Positions 51,306 to 63,800 of a DNA stretch of 64,000 nucleotides are shown piece after piece. A model generated the notes under the pieces. That model worked only from the letters and a program-made list of their open reading frames with translations, was not told the origin of the DNA and ran no database searches. The first letter of the stretch is position 1. Each line of letters begins with the position of its first letter. Source of the DNA: Mesotaenium endlicherianum (taxonomy: Eukaryota); contig WELA01003054.1 in assembly GCA_009602735.1 (NCBI GenBank), positions 70,408-134,407 of the forward strand, given 5' to 3'. Made by a program: the position numbers and the translations under genes.

Positions 51306-53534
51306 TACTCCCTTTCTACAAAAAGAATCTTCCATCCCGACAATGCCTTGCGACAGCGGCTCAACTCCAGGCATCAGGTTTGCAACAGAGGTAACTGGGT
51401 AGGGTATCGGCAGCAGCTCGTGCGGGCCGCGGTCCCTGTTACTCACAGTTTCCAATTGCTCCATAATCCGAGGTGGCCATACCAAGGGTGTTTGCATGTT
51501 GATGCTTGTATAGCTTTCCTCTTTGCGTTTCATGATGTTGTCGTAGGATTTTGGGTACCTGTCGTTAACGCAGCAGTCTAGCAGCCCGTAGTTTGCTTCT
51601 CCTGTGCAAACCATCTTCACAGGAATTTCTCCTGCCGGCTGCTGATCTGTTGATTGGTAAGTCACCCTCCGCTTCCGCAGATCAATGACCATACCCAAGA
51701 GAATCATTGCTTCTGTTCCCAAGAGAACATCATAGTTCTCTGCCTCCGTCACTGTGCACTCCATGAGTAGTGACGCCTCTTCAGGTTTTCCTGAATTTAC
51801 TCTGATTTCCACAAGCTTGCGGGTAATCCCACAAGACTTTGAGATTTGCCCTGAGGCAGTTCTCAACTGGAAAGGATTCTCTTTCAGGTCCTTTGCTTTC
51901 AATCCTAGAGTTTTCACAGCTCGCTTTCCCAGGATGACTGGTTGTGCGCCTGTATCCAACAGAATGTTGGGGGCTACCCAATTGTTGAATATTAGTGCAC
52001 CATCCCTCTTTTGCACTCTCATGGTGCTGAAATTGGTAGGCAATGAGGCGCCGTTCGCACCCTCCTCAGCTATATCCAGTTGATGTCCGGCTTCTACAAC
52101 CGTGAACGGGTAGGTGATATGCAAATCAGCGAGAAAAAGCAAAGGAGCATGCTGGATCCGGTGTTCCACCAGGGCCTTCAGCTTCTCTATCAAAAAACTC
52201 AATGTCTTACGCGTCCCAGGCCTGGCTTGTCGCAGCTGCGAGATCTCATTTTCATCCAGAGTGATCCGAAAAGTCTGAGGAAGCTTCCCAGCATTCCTTG
52301 GCACCAGACGGTCGTAATCTGCTCGCCTGGCAGCCGTTGCACCCACATCCTTTTTAGGCATCAGTTTCTCGCCTTTGCAGACGGTCTTTTCTGCAACATT
52401 TGCATCATAGTAAACATTAGGCGCATTTAGTTTTGCAAATTGAGCTTTCAACTCAGCGATTTCTGCACTCATAATGTCATACTTCTGGTTACCCTTGCGG
52501 TTACCAGAGCCACCTCTTTCTTTCTTTTTCTCCTTGTCTGCCTCTTTCGTGGCAGCATTTGCCCATGGCGGCTTTAGATTTGGATTCTTAGACCAGCACT
52601 GATCTTCTGAGTGTTCCTTCTTGCTGCAATGTGCGCATATCTGCGCCTTGCTAGCAGATAGTTGCTTAGCATCCGGGTACGGACAATCTCTCTTCTAATG
52701 TCCTGATTTCCCGCAATTCCAACAGCCCTCTGCTGTTTCAGCTGTGTTGGCGTGCTTAGCAAACTTATTGAAAGTCCCGCTCTCTTCTTAAATTGAAAAT
52801 TAGAGCTGTTGGCCTTAGGCGGAGAGGATTCTTCCCTCCTCTCAAGAGCCATAAGCGTCCTGAAAGCCTCCTTATACCACACTTTACCTTCTTCGACATT
52901 GCGTGCTATTTCAGCCGCCTCGTCAATGTCCCAGTAAATCCCGTGCTTCGCGGACAGGTGTGGCCTGACTTCACGATATGTTTCCTTGCACAAGCACAAC
53001 AGAAATTTGTCAGCCACTATTCTGGGCTCGTAAATTTTTGCCTTTTTGGCGAGGTCTACCAATCTAGATTTAACCTCAATGATTGTCTCGTTCTTCTGAC
53101 GGACAAAATGCACATAACGGTGCACCTTAGGACTGCGATCCTCTGGGAATCGTGCTTCAAGCAACTTAAAGAAACGACGCAGGCAATGCTCGGAGTCTAG
53201 CTGGTCATGCCCAGCCTCCATATCCTTACGACAGCTAGCTAAGGCTTCCGCCTGGCTTGCCTCTGTCGTGGCGCTATCGCCTTGCTGACCATTAAAAGGT
53301 GCAGCTCTGCGCGTTACTCGTTCCTGAGCATTAGCAATCTTTTCAGACAGTTCTGCACACACCTTTCGCAACTCTGCGACAGAGTCGGCATCATCATTCT
53401 GAGTAGCAGCCCATTGCTGGCCCTCAGTGAGTTGCCTCATGGCCTCTGTAAATTCTTGTGTTAGTGCAGCTAAGTCTATGCCCTCAACAAGTGCAGTTGG
53501 CACTGCTCTTCCTGAAGATAAAGCAGACATTCGG

Positions 53535-54739
53535 TGTAATGAATCAGTTCATTATTTATTTAATTAATTACATATATAAATATAACACTAAATAAGTATT
53601 ATGTGTACATACTCACATGTGCGAGTTCATCTAAATGAATGTATGACAATGTAATGCGAGCTTACTTACTTTGTCAGAATGGTCAGCAGGATGACTTTTA
53701 TATCATAGTGTAGTTTGCTGAGATTTATATATCAGTTATATATAGGATATAATATCAGTAGGTTGACATATAGTAAGCTCGCTTGATATTAGTCAATATA
53801 CTTAGCTTCAGTACGCTGAGGATAGACATATTCATTTAGATTGTTATTTGTAGATTGGCACATGTGACCGAAGTATACTGAAAGTCGGGAGGTCGACCGA
53901 GATTCGGTAAAGCGATGTCCTACCAGTGTGGTTAACTCCTGGGTAGGCGGAGCCGTCGTCAGTCAACTGAACAGTTAGGACTTCAGTCAACCGACCAATT
54001 AATATGGTCGTTATACCTAGATCCGTGGGTCCCAACTTAACGGGTTTCCCACGAAACGGCGCACCTTGCGCCGTGGTCAACCAGGTGGTCACTAGGTACA
54101 TAGCAGGCTGGGATCTTGTGGTCCCTCATTCTGGACAGTAGGCTTTACAGTCGGATTTCTACTTGCAAGTCATGTGTGCACTTTTGGGTTCGTTCTAATG
54201 ACCAGCCTTCACGGAATTGACATGGCTGCTTCGTCTGCGCTCCAAATGGGACAAACTAGGACTTTTCGGAGAGGTCTTGTCAAGATGCATCCGTTGTCGT
54301 TGAGTTTGCTCAATTTGAAGTGGTATTGGCAAAGTTATGCCCTCTGACATTTCGGGGTCACACAGCGGACATATTCCATGGTTTTGCACCTAAGTCAGTG
54401 GGATGTGTTTTAGCTACATTATTGTCATCTGAATGAGAGCGCCTTTGCTATTCAGTCCCCTGATGTTGTGCATGTGCTATACATGCTTGCATGCCTGGTA
54501 GGCAAGAGGCCATGAGTTTCTAAAGGAGAAGCTCAAGTACTCAAGCTCGCCTCTTACTTGTGCCTCGTGTTAGTGTGCAACTATGGCACACTACGGTAAA
54601 TGAGTCAAGGGTGTAGATGAGTAAATGGAATTCATTATAAGGGCGAAGATCGCTCCCCGATTTCACACGCTTCCACCTATCTCTGATCTTATATATTTAA
54701 ATGAAATATATTAATCTTGAATAAGCAAGATTCATTTCA
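53535..54739. mobile_element. 1205-bp TG...CA insertion (probable solo LTR of a third family) interrupting gag
   Basis: TSD TTCGG at 53530-53534 and 54740-54744. Ends TGTAATGAATC and GATTCATTTCA form a 10/11 inverted repeat. Removing it rejoins gag-like coding sequence (..QKEAANAR|MSALSS). Confidence 0.82.
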
Positions 54740-56813
54740 TTCGGGCATTCGCAGCCTCTTTCTGAATTTTCAAATCCCTACCCTTTTTTGCTCTCCAAAT
54801 GCCCATTCCTGGGTGAGATCCTCATCCTTTTGTAATTGGCGATATAGCAACAAGGCATCTTTATCCAAGTACTGGACCAAGCCTATAAATGCGACAAATT
54901 GCGTATAAGAAGAATCCTTCCGAATCTTCTCAAAGAATTTTGCCCAATAGATCTCGTCAAACTCTTCGAAAGTGAGACCGTTTCCACTGGTTTGTCCGCT
55001 AAAACACTTTGCAGACAGCTTGAACTTAGAATTTTCATCCCGATCATCACTAGCCATTTCGAACGGTGACCAGGACTCACTGACTCTACCCCACACGTCT
55101 TGCTCTCTGCCCAAATCAGATGCAAAGGCTCGTGTGTTATCCGAGTTCTTAACGCTTGCGGAGATAGGGCGAGACTTGTCTCTCGACGGTTGCTCACTCC
55201 ACAGGTTGTCAGTATGCTCAGACGTCTCACTTCCTCGTAGACTCTCGCTAGTGTCAGAACCTCTTCCACTCCTCAACCGCATATACAGTTGAATTTCTCC
55301 GGGTCCCCTTCCAGGTTGAACACCGGTAGCCTTCACAGGCCTCAATCCTCAACTGGCTTAGGAATTCTTGTTCACCTGAACCAATCAACCAAGTTCTCAG
55401 AAGTAGGACAGAAGCGTCTTACTTCTACACAGGCTTTTGCCCAAGTTGAGGATTTACAAAATGAACAAGTTTGTAATTTGCAAAAATCGCGTCTAAGCAG
55501 CTCAACAGGCAATGCCAGATTCAGAGAAAATCGCCCTTCAAGGCTTTCGCTTAACTTTCACGAAGTCACAGCTTACAAAATCCTGAAACTGCACATCTAT
55601 GCTGGCCTGGTCTGAGCTCTTCGCTCAACACCGCGCCTTAACAGCTTTTCACTGCTTGGCTGGGCTCACTCAGTTGTTTACTGAGAGCTTTACTTGTTAA
55701 TACTACTCTTGCTATCAGCAATTCGACAATTGAGACTTCTGAGAACTTGGAAACTAACACAGCACTCACCATTTTAAGTGACTTTCGCACGCTTGTGGTG
55801 TTTGTCTCGAATCTGTGTTAATCTCCTAACAAATTCTATTCTGCAGCTCTCTACTTTCTACCAGCGAGATCCCCTCTTGGAAACTCCTGAGGTCTAACCT
55901 TTCTATGGTACACTTGAGAAGAAATCTTCCAGCGCCGGCACAAGCGTGGCGTCTCGGCTCTTCTGTGGCCTTGGGAACTCCTTCTTCTTTGCGCTCCTTC
56001 TTCTCCTTTGACAACGATGCGAGCAAGAATGAGGCAGCTTCAGGCATGACTCGTGCCTTTCGCAGGCACCACACATTATCCTCTCTCGAGAATGCCAGTG
56101 CTTAGTCACAGCGCCTAGCTTACATGCCGTCCTTGCCTAGCAGCCCTCAAACAGCTTTAGAATTTGTCACTCAGCATGCATGCACGCCTTGTGACTGTCG
56201 CGCGTGACTGCTTAGCCTTTCAGCTGGCAATCGCACCTATGTGGCTAGCGGCTGGCAACGTTTGAGATGAACCCTCAAGCCGTGACTAGTCACTCGAGGG
56301 TCTTGGCCGAGGTGGCACACAACGCCTCTGCAACATCCCTGCTGTGCTTGGCTTAGATAGCCATTTGATCAGTACCTTACTTGGCACTTGTTGGGCTGGC
56401 TCATTGCCGGTTCCAGGCCCCTAGCCTTTCGGCTGACTACTCCGTTCAAATCCCCATCCATCCTTGGGTGTGGGCTTTGACGTGTCGTGACCACTTTGAC
56501 AGTGATAACGACTTTGACATAACCGCTGACTGAGATAACTCAACCCTTTGGTCGGTGAGTCAACGCTGACTTTCCGTACCTGGGCGGCCGTGACTTGCGC
56601 TGCGCGTGTGGTATCGTCAAGTGGATAGCAGTCGCGACACTAGTTCAAGTGTGAACTTTAATAATTCTGCACTTCAAATTGAAATTTAATTTATCAATTT
56701 TCATGGTAGAAGACCACATAACCAGGACTGACCAGGACTGACCAGGACAGGCCGACAACGGCTGAGGCCGCAAGAAGTAAAAGGTGAAGAAAAAAGTTGA
56801 GGGTCAAACTAGC

Positions 56814-56886
56814 TGCGCGAGACAGGGGTCGAACCTGCGACCTTTTGCTTAGGAAGCAAACACTCTATCCACTGAGTTACACGCGC
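56814..56886 (-). tRNA. tRNA-Arg(CCT): tRNA-Arg (anticodon CCT)
   Basis: GCGCGTGTAACTCAGTGGATAGAGTGTTTGCTTCCTAAGCAAAAGGTCGCAGGTTCGACCCCTGTCTCGCGCA. It has a D-arm, an anticodon stem TTTGC/GCAAA with loop TTCCTAA, a GTTCGA T-loop, and a downstream T6 Pol III terminator at 56795-56790. Confidence 0.92.
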
Positions 56887-59084
56887 TGCGTGTCATGTGG
56901 GGCACAAAATTATTTTAGTCTTAAAAAGTTGACCGTCCTCAATAGCTTTCTTTGCTCTTGGGTGCGTTCACCTTCACGTCCTTCCCGCGCTAGCCAACGT
57001 CGATCCTAGCACTGTCCCCTATAGTCCACCCCTCGATTCGTGATAAATATGATGTTAGTTGCTTATTTGGTAAAACCCAACTTAGAAAAGATGATTTTGC
57101 GAGCGGGTGTTGGGTGTTCAATATTCCAGGTTTACATTTTCTCTGTAAAAGATGTCATGATAATGTACAAAATAAGATGTCTCGAGTTTTGTGGATGTTC
57201 TCCGAAACCCTGACTGTCGGTCAGAGGATGTTTCCGAAATCCCCGAATTTGGTCAATTTGAGGGGCCTGCTTTATATATTTTAGTCCCCCTAATTCACCC
57301 GCCATCACCAGTAACCAATCCTCCCTGTCGCTCACCGTCCCCCTCACCCTCCCTCACCGTCTTCACCATTACCTACTAGTGTCCCTCATCACCATTGTTT
57401 TCCAGGTTTTCCCCCCCAAATATAGAAATGTCGCTGCTGTAAATCGGTCCCACGTGAAAGTTATGGACGGCAACGACCTCGAATCGCGACAGAAAAAGCC
57501 TGTGGTTTTGAGGATGCAACACCTCGCGATCTACGTTTTTCACCTTAACATCGACGGCTTCTAGCTCCCTCGGAAAGTTCAGTTTCAGTCGAATCCCCTG
57601 GCAGCGCGCTGCAGCGCGCATATATCAGCATATATGGCCTCCTTATCACGAAGCACCTCCAGGCTCCGACCACCTCCGACCACCTCGACGGCAACGCGTA
57701 TACTGGGGCATTGCAAGATGGTGACGTCCTTATCTGCAGAAGCGGAACTTCCGTTCCTCCAAGGCTCGAACAGTTAATCGCAGTTGGTAACCATAGCATA
57801 CCCGAATCCCAACACCGTCTACTACCATCTCAGGGCGCCTGCCCCCGCCTGTCTCTGCACCGCTAAGCCTTCCGTAGTCGTGTGTTAGTAAGAGATTACT
57901 TTAAAACGCTGCTACCTGTGCTTTTGTAGAAGCAGCTGCTTGGTTAGCGGATCACGGGTACGAAAGGGAAAAGGCTCTCTAGAGTGGAGTTTATTGTGGC
58001 CACGAAGAGTGAGGTGCGTTCTCCCCAAGCGCGTGTGCTCTTAGTACTGAAACCGGCCTGGATAGGTGTCATGTGTGAAGCATTGGAGGGGACATTTGCT
58101 TCTTGTGGTGCCATGTTTTATCGAAGTTCTTAGTCCTGCCCGTTTTTAATTGTGCTTGTTCTCGGCGTGCATAGAACCCCAAAAGGTCTCGTTTCACTCA
58201 CTTGAATACGACCTTGTGCTCGTCCTTCATGCTGTTGAAGACTTGAATGATTTTCTGTTTTGAGCAGCCAGTACGGGTTAGCCTTTGTTCAATAGTCACA
58301 GGTTTATGTAAGGGTGGGGAGGTATTTATCCTGTGAGGTTTTGTGGATGCCATTTACTGGCTACAACTTTCTTGGTGCACGCCCTATTTGGAGATTTCCT
58401 GGATGATAGGCTGCCTTGTGTTTCTCCGCTGAAGTATTGTAGTTCTTATACAGGTACCGGTCATGCACATAGAAGTTGGTTATATCTTATAATGTTGCAC
58501 GAAGACTGATGTATACGAAGGAATGGGGAACATGTAGAACCTGCCAAAGAAAACTCGTATTATCATTGAATGTGTTACGCTTTGTTACTTTGAATAACGG
58601 CATGTTACTGTGTTTCTTATCTAGCAATCATTCATTATGCATGGCTGGCCATTCTGGTGCCAGCTATGTTTTAAAGGATTATTTCATGCCATTCCTCCTG
58701 AGGTGCAGCCTCTCTTCGAGGCCACATGGATTGAAACAAACGACGGGGATCTTAGGGCATAGGACAGTATAGAAGGTTGCCTAGAAAATGTTGCCTGAAT
58801 GGCTCGCCGCGGCTATGGCAGTGGCCTATGTCTTGAGTTTGTTAGGGTTCAAAGTGCAAGAGTTCTTGAACCTCCAGAAGATGAGTACTTTTCCTACAAA
58901 GTGGCAGTAGTAGATAAGGATGGGGCATTGACTTATGGAGCCCCGGTCTTACACTTTTTGTGTATGCAGGCAACTCTGGGAGCAGGGGGGAGGGGAATAT
59001 CGACGCCCTACTGGATAGGAGAGGGACCTGGTAGTGTGGCCCATGTTGGCAGTGGACAGGTTGCGCCAGGGAGCTGTACCGATA

Positions 59085-59816
59085 ATGACATCGTTCCGCA
59101 CCTCGTCCTCCTTCACCAAGCCCTCGTTTCGCGCAGCTGACCTGCTGGGCACCTCCTTCACTTCGACATCGACTGACGTTGACAGTGAGTTGGGCGAAGA
59201 GGACATATGGGATGTCGACAGGAGGCGCTCCTCGGAGGAGGCAACAGAGTTGGCCGAGGGCCGGGACAGCGAGGCTTCAGGGAGTAGCGCCAGCCTGTCA
59301 GAGGAGAGGAGCCCGGCATCTGTCATGAGGGTTCCCAACGGCCGTAGATGGGACACATCGCTCCTCACTCCCTTCGATGATGGGAGTAGGATGCAGGGGC
59401 TCTCCTCGGCATTGGCACCCCCCCCGCAGGATGTGCTCGGTCGAAAAACGGGCGTCTATGACATCACCTCCGGGAGGGGGGCTGCGACTCCCTCGCGGAG
59501 GATTCCGCACGCAGGGGGTTTGTCAATGGCGGACTCGGGCGGCTACTTGAGGCGTCAGTCGGCGCCCGTGAATGTGCCGGATTGGAAGAAGGTGGCGGGC
59601 CCCAGTGCTCCAAAGCAGCCTCCTCTGGCGGGCGAGGTTCTCGAGGAGGAGGAGCTTGACGAGGGGATGGTTCCGCCGCATGAGCTGATGGCGCGGGAGT
59701 ACGCTCAGAGCATGACCTTCTCGGTCTACGAGGGAGTGGGCCGTACGCTGAGGGGGCGGGACCTCAACCATGTGCGCACTGCAGTTTTGAGGAAGACGGG
59801 GTTCATAGATTCGTGA
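59085..59816 (+). CDS. Senescence regulator S40 / DUF584 family protein (intronless CDS)
   Basis: Motifs ELGEEDIW, RQSAPVNVPDW, MVPPHE and FSVYEGVGRTLRGRDL..VR.AVL.KTGF.D. First ATG at 59085. Confidence 0.9.
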   Translation: MTSFRTSSSFTKPSFRAADLLGTSFTSTSTDVDSELGEEDIWDVDRRRSSEEATELAEGRDSEASGSSASLSEERSPASVMRVPNGRRWDTSLLTPFDDGSRMQGLSSALAPPPQDVLGRKTGVYDITSGRGAATPSRRIPHAGGLSMADSGGYLRRQSAPVNVPDWKKVAGPSAPKQPPLAGEVLEEEELDEGMVPPHELMAREYAQSMTFSVYEGVGRTLRGRDLNHVRTAVLRKTGFIDS

Positions 59817-60858
59817 CGTTAAACCCATCCACGTTTCTCTGGGCGGTGTCAGCTGGGGGGACTTTGGAATGTTTCGTGTGAGGAGAACCACCTTGGCAGC
59901 TTGTCCAGGGTTGGCACAACCACGTTCATTGCGTGGGCTGCCAGGGGATGTGCTTACATGTCATAATACAGCTCGACACAAGCTCTCCTCCTGAACAGTT
60001 GAAGCTGCAGGCACTGTCTGCAAAAAGTTGCAGAGGCAGCTGACTCGAGTGAATCCTCTAGGTCACCCCTCCGCAGCATTCTGCCACGTTGAAGTCGTGA
60101 AACATTGTACCATATCCGCAATTGTAGTACTTGAGCATTGTGCATTTGACTTGGCATGCAGCAGCTTGTTGCACGGCGATGGATAGGTTGGAGGTATTGG
60201 GTGGTCTAGGCCCAACTGGTATTAGAAGGGGTCTACAGAGAAAGATAACTATTTTTTTGTTATAAAAGTGGCAGACAGAACACTGCGCCCTGGATTTTTT
60301 TTGTTTGCAATAAAGTTTGGTCTTTGTCCTAAAGCAGGTTATGAGTGTTGGTGAATCTTTCATGGTGCGTGTATACATGACTTAAATGTGTCATAGTGTT
60401 TGTTCAGGGTGTGGTCTAGCATTGGTGTTGTATGTTCCTCTGTGCTGGTCCTCTCATATGATAACAAGATACAATACGAGGCTAGAGCTACTACTATAAG
60501 TAAAAGTATATGATGAGACCATCAGTCATGATACTGCAAAACTGTCAGTTTGTATTTGATTTGTTGATTGAAGATCCTTGAGCAGCCTGTGGCAGTCGTA
60601 AAAAAAGCACAAAATAACATTTCCTCAAGGTGACTGCCCACAAAATGAAAATACTGAGGCGCTAATAACAATTGATGCTACAGCATGGATCTAAAAATCT
60701 ACAGCACTCCATATAATCGTAGTAGAGCTTTTCGTTTCGCCAGATTAACGTGGAATTATACCGTTGAACAAGAAGCGTACTCCTCGAGGAATGTCAAACA
60801 CGACTAAACGTGAAGCCCATTCCAGCCTAGGTCTTGATCAGAGACTAGCAAGCAATAC

Positions 60859-63800
60859 TTAAATAATTGTGCCAGACTCGATGCAGGCATCCTTGATGAT
60901 GGTGATGATGCCATTCTTGATGAAGTAGCCAGCGTCTTCCCTGTTTGCTTCATCCACTCCATCCTTGTTGATGATCTGCGGGTCAACTTAAGCAACCCCT
61001 TAGCATCATTTCTGCTGTCTCGCCTACGCTTCACATTCTCGAAACATGGAGAATGCCTCCCTCATCTGCTCTGCCTCCAAAGAAGACAGAAAGTTCCAAC
61101 AGGGCCAAAACTGGTCTTCACAACCACGTGAGGCATAGCTATCTTGCTACAATGATTCACCACGTAACCAAGGGTGCAGCATGACTAAGCCCTTCACATA
61201 CATAATTGGGGCATATCATGATCACAATCAACACGACCCAACCAAGAGACCATTCATAGGCCCAAGCAGCAACGCCACAAAATATCGCTTAGAAATCCTC
61301 ACCATGACTAGCTTGAAGATACTTGGCCCGCGTACCCAGATCCTTGCTAGGAAACAGATGAACCCAGCGACGAGCAGCAGTGACGCTGGTGGGCCAGGAG
61401 GGGCGAAAAATTAACTGCAATGGGGAGACAGCACAATGGAAGTGCTGACCTGAACATTTCTGCCGATGCGCGCATTCTTGTCAACGATGGCTCTCCTGAT
61501 CACACTGTTGGCGCCGATGCCCATCAGAAGCTTGTCCTGGCTCGTTCGCAGCGCCTTCTCTGCCTCAGTCTGCACCACGACCGGGGGCCACATGTCGACA
61601 CGGTCAAAGGCCAAACGAACGTCATAACTTCAAGACCAGCAAGCCTTCTAAGCCTCAATTTCTTGCCTGAGCCTGAGCTCATCCTCTTTCTCCCATGTAT
61701 TTCTACGCAGGCCCAGCAAATCCTGGGGGACTGACGCGGCTCTTTATGCAGCACTTTTGCAGCAGCATAAAGGGACACAAAATGAACATATGTCCCCTAT
61801 GGAAGGCATGAAAGTAGCTGCCTTTGCCAAGAGCCCTACCTCGTAGTAATCGGCTCCCATGAGAAGGGAGTCCTCGATGACCGCACCCTCCTCGACATAG
61901 GACCGCAGGCCCACCACAGAATGATGCACTTTGCACTTCTGCACCACCCCTCATAACAAGTCGCAGGCGTTACAATGCTACTCAGGCAGAACCGCGCCCT
62001 CAAGGGTCCCCCCCCTCCGGCTGTATCCAGCCAGAGCACGGCCACTGCCAGAACAGCATCGAGGAGCCAGCTGGCAGCGCCGTGCTAAGAAAGATATGCG
62101 GCTTTACATGCAATGACATCTTAGAGCTTACACTACACGTGCAACCTATACGACAAGTGCAAATGTAGGAGCAGTTAGACCATGAAGATCCTATCATGAA
62201 GTGCGAGTTGAGGAGCAGCCTGAGACAGCTTGCGTGATAAGAATGAGGTGTACACGCTGTACCTTGAGCACACAGCCTTCACCAATGACGCTCTCGGAAA
62301 TGTCGGCGTCAAGAAGCATGGAGGGGGGCAAGTAGCGCGCCTGGGTGTAGATTGGCGACGACTTATCATAAAAGCTGCGACGCCAACACAACATAGTCAT
62401 TTCTCAAGTCAGTCAGCGAATGATAAACGACCGGGAACCAGAGGCCCGATATTACTACTGGGTACTGCAGCGCTTGTTCGAGCCAGTCCAAAAAGGCTGC
62501 TCTGGACCACGCATACAGACGAACCGGTTGCAGGCTTGTCATGCCCCGTCAGTACAACATTGCAATTTAGATCACATGTCACGCATGCAAGTTCTTGTCG
62601 AGACTGACTTATTTATTACATGCGTAACAGGGAGCCCTAATGTTACAAACCACTCTAGCATGCTAACAGGCAACCTAACCCCCCTCATTGAGAACCATAT
62701 GATGGCTGCAAAGAGAGACCAGCCCAATGACAGAAGAACCTGGGGGGAGCAGTTGCAGCTCTGACGCTGATTTCTAAACATCATCAGTCCCATGTGACTC
62801 TCTTTGCCATGCATAGGCCTTGCAAGTGACTGGACAAACAACATACTCATTCCTCTGCTTCTACCCCTGGTATATATGCCCCATGTGACAATTATGCCTG
62901 CATAGCTCCTCACAGCCAAAGGTAACCTCAAACTAGACTTAAAGGATCACCTGAAAGGAGGGTTCTTCTGGGTGATGCCAAGGTTGGCCTCGTAGAAGGC
63001 CTCAATGGTACCAATGTCCTCCCAGTACCCGTCAAACAAGTAGGCTTGCACCTGCTCAATTAGCAACCCCGACAATTAAGCAAAGGAATTGTTGAACTAC
63101 CCGATACTATTTAGTGCTTAGCGTGATGCATAACCATGTCCTACATAACTCTTGACATGCCTGCCCCGGCATAAGCCCCCAAAGGCACCTTTTAGGAGGA
63201 AGGATGCGGGGTAATGACAACGTACAGTTGCACCCTGCCTTGTTGCTCCTGGGATGACTTCGCTGCCGAAGTCGTTGGCATCTGGGAAGTCACTCCTAAG
63301 GAACTTGACCATAGCCTTCTTGCTGATGACATAAATACCCATGGATGCAATGTATGGCAGCTCCTTAGCTCTCTCAGAGTCTAGTCCAAGTACTGTGGTG
63401 TCCACCTGTTTCTCAATGAGAGACGATAATGTCAGGAAGATTCCAGGGAAGCAATTCGTTGGCACCTAAAGCTAGGCACAGAAAGGACGAACATATTACC
63501 CAACACGTGAAAGCCAAACATGAACGAAAAACAATAGCTCCCAGATTGCATGAGTGCTGAGACTTCGCTTGCATCTGTCCTTGGCTAAATCGACCTGCTT
63601 GCAGCTAAAACTGCCTGTGCCATTTAATATCATATAGAAGAAGAGCAAATTCAGCCGTGGCGCTTATACTAGCTCAACCGTCCCCACCAAAGCAGTGCAT
63701 GCAGCAAGTATTAGGCCTTCTCTGCCCTCCAAAGAAGCAGACAATACAAAAACCAAGCATGCTTCCTCTGTCAGTTTACAATCACATGCATGTACCTGCA

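Larger units (their letters stand above)
44173..55345 (-). mobile_element. Decayed Ty3/gypsy retrotransposon encoding gag - protease - DNMT3-like C5 methyltransferase - unknown region - RT - RNase H - integrase - PHD finger
   Basis: Collinear minus-strand ORF fragments: gag-like about 55345-52574 with two CCHC knuckles near 52600-52730; protease LLDTGA near 51950; DNMT 51305-50340; RT 48066-47300; RNase H 47219-46633; integrase 45693-44716; PHD 44554-44426. A PPT (AAAAGGGAGGAG) is followed by TG at 44343, the putative 3' LTR start. No matching 5' LTR was found. Confidence 0.85.

Noticed and set aside
56196..56639. TGTCGCG...CGCGACA as a small LTR or TIR element
   Set aside because: Only a 7-bp inverted match and no flanking TSD.
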